Shown here one piece after another: positions 59,100 to 64,000 of a DNA stretch of 64,000 nucleotides. The first letter of the stretch is position 1; each line of letters opens with the position of its first letter. The notes under the pieces were generated by a model. That model was not told where the DNA came from, did not search any database, and saw only the letters and a list, made by a program, of their open reading frames with translations. The translations under genes were made by a program, and so were the position numbers. Origin of the DNA: Chthoniobacterales bacterium (lineage in GTDB: Bacteria > Verrucomicrobiota > Verrucomicrobiia > Chthoniobacterales > UBA6821). The stretch lies in the NCBI GenBank assembly GCA_049282095.1, contig JBAPTI010000035.1:11927-75926 (forward strand), given 5' to 3'.

Positions 59100-60836
59100 T
59101 CACTCTTTTCCAAGAAGCTGGGCGGATACCCTGGAGACCCCCTCGGCAGCAAACACGCTCTGCGGATAACTACGCTGCAAACTAAGGTAGCGGGCCAATG
59201 CGGAAGCCGGTGCCTGCCCCTCAAGCCTCTGCGCTTCGTTTATTCCCTTTGCCAGGGGCTCCACTCCGGGGAGCAATTCCTTCCGCAGGTTTTCCAACTC
59301 CTGCTGACCGGGATAACGGCGGAATACCTCTTCCGCGACTTCCCATCCCCCGACCAATGATCCGAAGTCGCGCAGCCGTCTCCCCCTATCCATCGCCTCC
59401 GTAATCAGGCGGGCCTCCCGGAGATCCCCGAGGAGCTGCTCCTGCCGCCCTGGGAGCGATGCTATCACCGGCTCCAGTCTTCCCCTTTGCCGCTCGATTT
59501 CCATCACCTGTCGGGCGGCGTGCAGGCGGTCGAACTCCTCCACACAGGAACGCTGGATCACCGCATCTCCCATCACCTGCTCGGCAACAACCGGGAGTTC
59601 CGGGTTGTAAGGCCAGATCGCGGAGGCTTCCCGGAGTTCCCTGAGGGCCTCTTCAGGGCGCCCCATGTTCACAGCCTGACGCGCGGCGGCAAGACGGACC
59701 GCGGCAAGAGAGCGCGAGGATCCGATGGAGGCTCGGAGCGCAACGGTGTCGAAATCCCGGCAATTCCGGGAAATCTCATCCAGGGTCGCCAGGGCGGCGG
59801 CGTAATCCTTTTGCGACATGAGTTCCCTGATTCTCTTCTCCGACAGCAACTGTTGACGGATGATTTCCTTCGAGGCGGAGGGATAGGTCCGGAGCGGTAT
59901 CGTCCGGGATCCCAACGCAAAGGCGGCTGTCAACTGCTTGGCGGCACTGACGGGATAACACCCCTCCAGCAGCAGCGAGCATCCGGCAAGAGACTCGGCG
60001 ACCTTGGCATTCGATTGGGAGGCCAGGTTTTCAAGATCTCCCAGTGTGGGTGCCGCCCCCCTTGGAGCAATCTGACTCCGCTCATCAGGACCAAGCCGGA
60101 TCGGGGCGATGCTGTCGGAGAATAGTCCGCGGTAGAAGCGGACAGCCAGAATGGCCTCATCATAATCCCCCCTCTGCAGGAACCGGAACGCAAGATCCTG
60201 AAGTTCGAGACGCACCTGAATATCGGAGACCTCGGCACCCAACTCGATGTTGCTGATTTCCTCGGTGACCTTGGCCAAGCGCTCCTCCGTTGCACTCCTT
60301 GGAGTTGGAGTGGGTGTAGGTTTTCCTTTTACCTTCGACCCCGGATCGGAAGACCGTTCCTCGCTGATCTTCTTCTCTATCCGGGCATTCCACACAAGGA
60401 TCTCCTGCTGCTTGCGCAAGTCCTTCTCGGCGGTTCCGGGATCCTGATTTCTACCGAGAACCCGGGATGCGCGGACCACGGCGTTCAGAAGCATCCTGCA
60501 TCTTCCCTCGTCGATCGGATCGGCCGCCAGTTGCTGAAGCAGTCCGTATGCTTTGCCGAGGTCCTGCGGCGCAGCGACTCCAGGCCCCAGAAGACGGACT
60601 GCCTCCCTGATCTTTCGCGATCTGGAGTCCGCCTCGAGCGGATCCACCTCCCTGGCCTCAAGATAGGCTTCAAAGGCACCCTGCAGTTGATCGGGATCAA
60701 CGATGTCGCAGCGCCCCTCCTTCCAGAGAACCAGCGGTTCTCCGGGTTGCCCCGGGAGAGCCTTGGAAGTCACCGGAGCAAAAGTCGCCAAAAGCCCGGA
60801 GAAGGCAACCGTGCAACTGATAACCGCTCTCCTCAT
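59100..60836 (-). CDS. secreted helical-repeat protein, paralog of 60861-62999
   Basis: Signal peptide MRRAVISCTVAFSGLLATFAPVTSKA. Shares AIWPYNPE, FRRYPGQQELENLRKEL, RYLSLQRSYPQS and AVRFYRGLFSD with its neighbour. Confidence 0.6.
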   Translation of the reverse strand: MRRAVISCTVAFSGLLATFAPVTSKALPGQPGEPLVLWKEGRCDIVDPDQLQGAFEAYLEAREVDPLEADSRSRKIREAVRLLGPGVAAPQDLGKAYGLLQQLAADPIDEGRCRMLLNAVVRASRVLGRNQDPGTAEKDLRKQQEILVWNARIEKKISEERSSDPGSKVKGKPTPTPTPRSATEERLAKVTEEISNIELGAEVSDIQVRLELQDLAFRFLQRGDYDEAILAVRFYRGLFSDSIAPIRLGPDERSQIAPRGAAPTLGDLENLASQSNAKVAESLAGCSLLLEGCYPVSAAKQLTAAFALGSRTIPLRTYPSASKEIIRQQLLSEKRIRELMSQKDYAAALATLDEISRNCRDFDTVALRASIGSSRSLAAVRLAAARQAVNMGRPEEALRELREASAIWPYNPELPVVAEQVMGDAVIQRSCVEEFDRLHAARQVMEIERQRGRLEPVIASLPGRQEQLLGDLREARLITEAMDRGRRLRDFGSLVGGWEVAEEVFRRYPGQQELENLRKELLPGVEPLAKGINEAQRLEGQAPASALARYLSLQRSYPQSVFAAEGVSRVSAQLLGKE

Positions 60837-60860
60837 GGAGGCTCGATCAGGGAAGTGGGG

Positions 60861-62999
60861 TCAGTTCGTGTCGGGAAGGATCTGCTTCACGACACGCTGG
60901 ATGCCCTGTTTGGAGAGATCGCTCATCGGATAGCGACTTTGGGATCGAAGATACCAAGCCAATGAGGAGCCGTAATCCTTCCTCTCCTCCAATGTCTTGG
61001 CCTGACGGATGTCATGGACGAAGTCGGGCGCCTGGGTGGTGAGATCCGCCCTGAGTTGCCCCAGTTTCTGGTCATCCGGATACCGGCCAAACGTGACTTC
61101 AAGCCCCTCCCAAGCTCCCGCAAAATCGCCGCGTCTGGCGATCTCCTGCGCGCGCATTATGGAGGTCTCGATCTCCTGCATCCGGTCGAGAACGGCGCGG
61201 AGATTCTCCTTCCGGACCGTCTTGTTGTCGGAGTCATCCGCAGCAATCGAGGCTATGTACTTTTCCTTCTCGTCGAAGATCCTGCGGAAGCTTTTCTGCC
61301 CATAGAGCTGATCGAAGTCGCTGACCGCCTGAACCTGGGGGCTGGCCTTCTCCGAAACCTTGGTCATGTCTGTGGAAAACGACCGGATCTCGGGGTTGTT
61401 CGGCCAGATCGCGGCGGCGCGGGTGATCTCGGTCTGAACCGTCTGGAGGTCACCCTTGGATGCCGCCACCCGCGCTTGGGAGATGTGCAGGCTGCTGGCG
61501 GTCCTGACCCCCTGGACATTGGCCATGATCTCAGCGTCATCGAAGCCGGGATTCAGGTTCTTCATCTCCGCGACAACGGCGGCGACTGCATCGATATTCC
61601 CGGAGTTGGAGGCGTTGACGAGCTTGTTGCAGAGTTGTGCGTATTTCAGCGTCTTTCTCTTCTCATCCTGAGTCAGGAGACGGACACTCGGAAGATACTC
61701 CCCCTTGGTGAAGAGGGATGCGAGTTGAGTTCCCGCGCTCTCGAGTTCGTTCTGCTCGAGTAGGTATTTGTAGACCTTCACTCCCTCGTTGACATCGCGG
61801 ATGATCTCATTGGCGACCCCGTCGAGTTGGCTCAGGGTCTTGAAGGTCTTGCTCATCGTCCTCATACCGCTGGAGACGGCGTTCATGAGGCTCTCCACGC
61901 TGGCATTTTCCAGTCCGAACTGAATCCCCGAACCAGAGAGCGCCATGCCACCGGCACCATCGTCCGAACCGCCCGCATGGGCTCCGACAGCATTCGCCCC
62001 GGCCGATGCACCGGCCCCCTGCGATCCGTGACCATCGCCGCCCCCTGCAGCCGCCGCCCCCTTGGGATCCCCCTTGGCGATGACTTTCAGTTGCCCGGCA
62101 TCCTTGTTGTAGCCAAGTTTCTCGGCCATCTGCTCGAAACTCCGGATTGATTGGTCCCCGTCATCGAAGATGGCGCGGTAGAAGCGGTTGGCGATGATCA
62201 CATGCTGGTATCGCCGTTGGACGAAGAGCTGAAGGATCAGGGTCTGGAGCTGGAATTTCGCACTCGACTCGGCGCTGGCGATCCGCAGTTTGTTTCGCTC
62301 GATGGTCTGGCCCAGGGAGGCCAGTTCCCGCTTGGTCGGTTCCATGCGCGCCTCACGCTCGACATCCTGATTTTTATTGAAACTGGCCTGCTCGTTTTTC
62401 CCGACGGAAAACTGGTCCATGGGGCGCTCTCTCGCTGCCTGCAGGTTATTATACTCGGCGATCTTGCGTTGCCGCTCCAAGTCGATGTTCTGCTGGATGA
62501 GCCTGGCGATCTCGGTCCGGACATTCGCCGCCGTATAGACGGCATCGTGGATCGTGTTGCAGATATTGGCATCACTCTCGAATTCGGAAGCCTTGGACAG
62601 GAGGTTGAATGCCTCGTCCTGATTCTTCTTCGTGGCGTTGCCGGGCGAAAGCAAGTCCATGATCCTGTCAATCCGCTGGCGGTAGGTCCTGGCGTCATCC
62701 GAGGTCTCCGCGGGGGCGCTCAGGAATTTCTCGAACTGGGCTGCGAATGCGGGATTGTTCCAGAGTGACAGGAAGGTGTTCGGCTTCATGTCCACCACGT
62801 TTTTCCTGCCCGCCAAGCTTGCATCGGCCATTGCCTGCTTTCCGATAACCCTGTTGTCGGATGCCCCGGAGAGTGGGTTTCCCTGCCGATACTGCTGCCC
62901 TCCTTCCTTGATGGTTTCGGCGTTGCCCTGCTGTCCTTGCTGCGCCCGAAGGCCCGCCGGCAAAACAGTCAGGAACATGATGATGATCGGGAACTTCAT
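60861..62999 (-). CDS. secreted helical-repeat protein with Gly/Ala-rich insert, paralog of 59100-60836
   Basis: Signal peptide MKFPIIIMFLTVLPAGLRA. AIWPNNPE, FGRYPDDQKLGQLRADL, WYLRSQSRYPMS, ANRFYRAIFDD. Low-complexity GAAAAGGGDGHGSQGAGASAGANAVGAHAGGSDDGAGG. Confidence 0.6.
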   Translation of the reverse strand: MKFPIIIMFLTVLPAGLRAQQGQQGNAETIKEGGQQYRQGNPLSGASDNRVIGKQAMADASLAGRKNVVDMKPNTFLSLWNNPAFAAQFEKFLSAPAETSDDARTYRQRIDRIMDLLSPGNATKKNQDEAFNLLSKASEFESDANICNTIHDAVYTAANVRTEIARLIQQNIDLERQRKIAEYNNLQAARERPMDQFSVGKNEQASFNKNQDVEREARMEPTKRELASLGQTIERNKLRIASAESSAKFQLQTLILQLFVQRRYQHVIIANRFYRAIFDDGDQSIRSFEQMAEKLGYNKDAGQLKVIAKGDPKGAAAAGGGDGHGSQGAGASAGANAVGAHAGGSDDGAGGMALSGSGIQFGLENASVESLMNAVSSGMRTMSKTFKTLSQLDGVANEIIRDVNEGVKVYKYLLEQNELESAGTQLASLFTKGEYLPSVRLLTQDEKRKTLKYAQLCNKLVNASNSGNIDAVAAVVAEMKNLNPGFDDAEIMANVQGVRTASSLHISQARVAASKGDLQTVQTEITRAAAIWPNNPEIRSFSTDMTKVSEKASPQVQAVSDFDQLYGQKSFRRIFDEKEKYIASIAADDSDNKTVRKENLRAVLDRMQEIETSIMRAQEIARRGDFAGAWEGLEVTFGRYPDDQKLGQLRADLTTQAPDFVHDIRQAKTLEERKDYGSSLAWYLRSQSRYPMSDLSKQGIQRVVKQILPDTN

Positions 63000-63409
63000 G
63001 GCTTGCTTGCCTCCTCGACCTTGAGCAGGCCATCCTCCACGACCTTCACTTTCATCAGGTAGTGTTGTCCCTTCTGGATGGTGAGGCTTCCGAGTACCGG
63101 GGGGACCAGCACGGGCAGAACGACGGGAGCACCTCCCTTGCCTGCCTGTTTCAACACCACGGAAAAGAGCCGCCCTTTGGAGGGTGAGTTGCCTAGCGAG
63201 GAGTCAATCTCGGCATCGATCTTGTAGGTGTTGCCACGGAGCGAGTTCGCGTTGTCGTAATAGAGCGCGGAATCAAGTTCCTCGGTGGTGCGCAGGGAGG
63301 CTTCACCACCCCCCTGCCTCAGGCTCCAATAACCGATGGCTCCCACAATCAGGAGCAGGAGCAGGATTAGCCAAGAGGGGAGGCCTCGGGACTTCTTGTG
63401 GCGCGACAT
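62996..63409 (-). CDS. small N-terminally membrane-anchored protein
   Basis: MSRHKKSRGLPSWLILLLLLIVGAIGYW anchor. ATGA overlap with the downstream 712-aa gene. Confidence 0.55.
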   Translation of the reverse strand: MSRHKKSRGLPSWLILLLLLIVGAIGYWSLRQGGGEASLRTTEELDSALYYDNANSLRGNTYKIDAEIDSSLGNSPSKGRLFSVVLKQAGKGGAPVVLPVLVPPVLGSLTIQKGQHYLMKVKVVEDGLLKVEEASKP

Positions 63410-63440
63410 GGCGAAACCATCGGCTCTCGTGAGGAGAAAT

Positions 63441-64000
63441 TCAAATGGAATCGGGATCCTGTCGCCGTCCGGCCTCTTCCTCGAGTCGGCGGATTCTCTT
63501 GAGGTAGCGGACCCCGGAGGGCCCCAGTGTGGAGGGATCGATCACGGGCGGGCCGAACAGGCGGTCCCAGATCCGCTCGTAGGAATGAGCGGCCAAGTGG
63601 GTGGCCGTTGAGAGTTCCAACGCCCTGCGGTAAAACTTCACCGGCCTGCGGTGGACTGCTTCGCGGGTCACGGCGAACTGGGCCCCTCCCCTGAAGTGGA
63701 AGAACCCGGGGGAGGGTTCCCCGAACAAATCCTCGTAGAGCCCCCCTGTCCGGAGCTCCTCCCGCTTGGGATTCTTGCTCCATGGGACGAAGAGCCGCCT
63801 GCCGAAGGGATCATCCGTCTCCTCGAGGAATCCATACCAGAGAAAGGGTTCCCTCTCCCCTACCCCGCCCTCCAGATCGCTCAACCGAGCATGAAAGTCG
63901 GGGGCGTGATCAAAGGGATGCCCTTGGCAGAAGACCGTGTGGGGAGTCAGGGATCCATATTGCTGAACCAGATGGGTCAGATAGGAATGGGCTTCCCTTC
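63441..64000 (-). CDS. hypothetical protein, partial (5' end outside window)
   Basis: The frame stays open from the track start (a TTG at 63884) to the window edge (…EAHSYLTHLVQQYGSLTPHTVFCQGHPFDHAPDF…). No family assigned with confidence. Confidence 0.5.
   Translation of the reverse strand, partial: REAHSYLTHLVQQYGSLTPHTVFCQGHPFDHAPDFHARLSDLEGGVGEREPFLWYGFLEETDDPFGRRLFVPWSKNPKREELRTGGLYEDLFGEPSPGFFHFRGGAQFAVTREAVHRRPVKFYRRALELSTATHLAAHSYERIWDRLFGPPVIDPSTLGPSGVRYLKRIRRLEEEAGRRQDPDSI

Overview
High-GC bacterial chromosomal segment. Gene content and the SD-poor, low-complexity leaders suggest a PVC/Verrucomicrobia-like organism, but that is inference only. Most of the window is core housekeeping with typical motifs: glmS 3' end, thrS-infC, trpB, mutY, rnhC, avtA, sucAB, alaS, arfB, purC, xerD, fabI, fabF, fabD, ssrA (tmRNA), rplI-dnaB, tatA and zwf-gnd-like genes, and mtnN. 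I saw no rRNA, canonical tRNA or CRISPR array. Accessory content: three type II toxin-antitoxin pairs (VapBC, AbrB/Doc, Phd/RelE); a roughly 3.1-kb low-GC island (17.8-20.9 kb) with a sigma factor carrying a C-terminal membrane anchor plus a 4-gene operon that includes a PD-(D/E)xK-like nuclease candidate; a translationally coupled gldA/F/G-like ABC + DUF4340 operon; an AraC / Rieske oxygenase / MetE-like cluster; and tandem paralogous secreted proteins with a small membrane-anchored partner (59.1-63.4 kb). The most unusual signal is in the intergenic DNA. (1) A ~92-nt module of consecutive GNRA-capped hairpins recurs at four loci. Its linkers are conserved, while every helix changes sequence but keeps pairing. 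Between arfB and purC it is expanded into a ~350-nt ORF-less array. I do not recognise it as a known RNA or repeat family. (2) A 276-bp TA-flanked element resembling a miniature inverted-repeat transposable element (MITE), with 19-nt terminal inverted repeats, has two full copies and one collapsed 29-bp copy. Two of the three are inserted exactly at stop codons. (3) There are octamer tandem arrays and several smaller repeat families. Coordinates of starts that I moved away from the ORF track are justified per feature.
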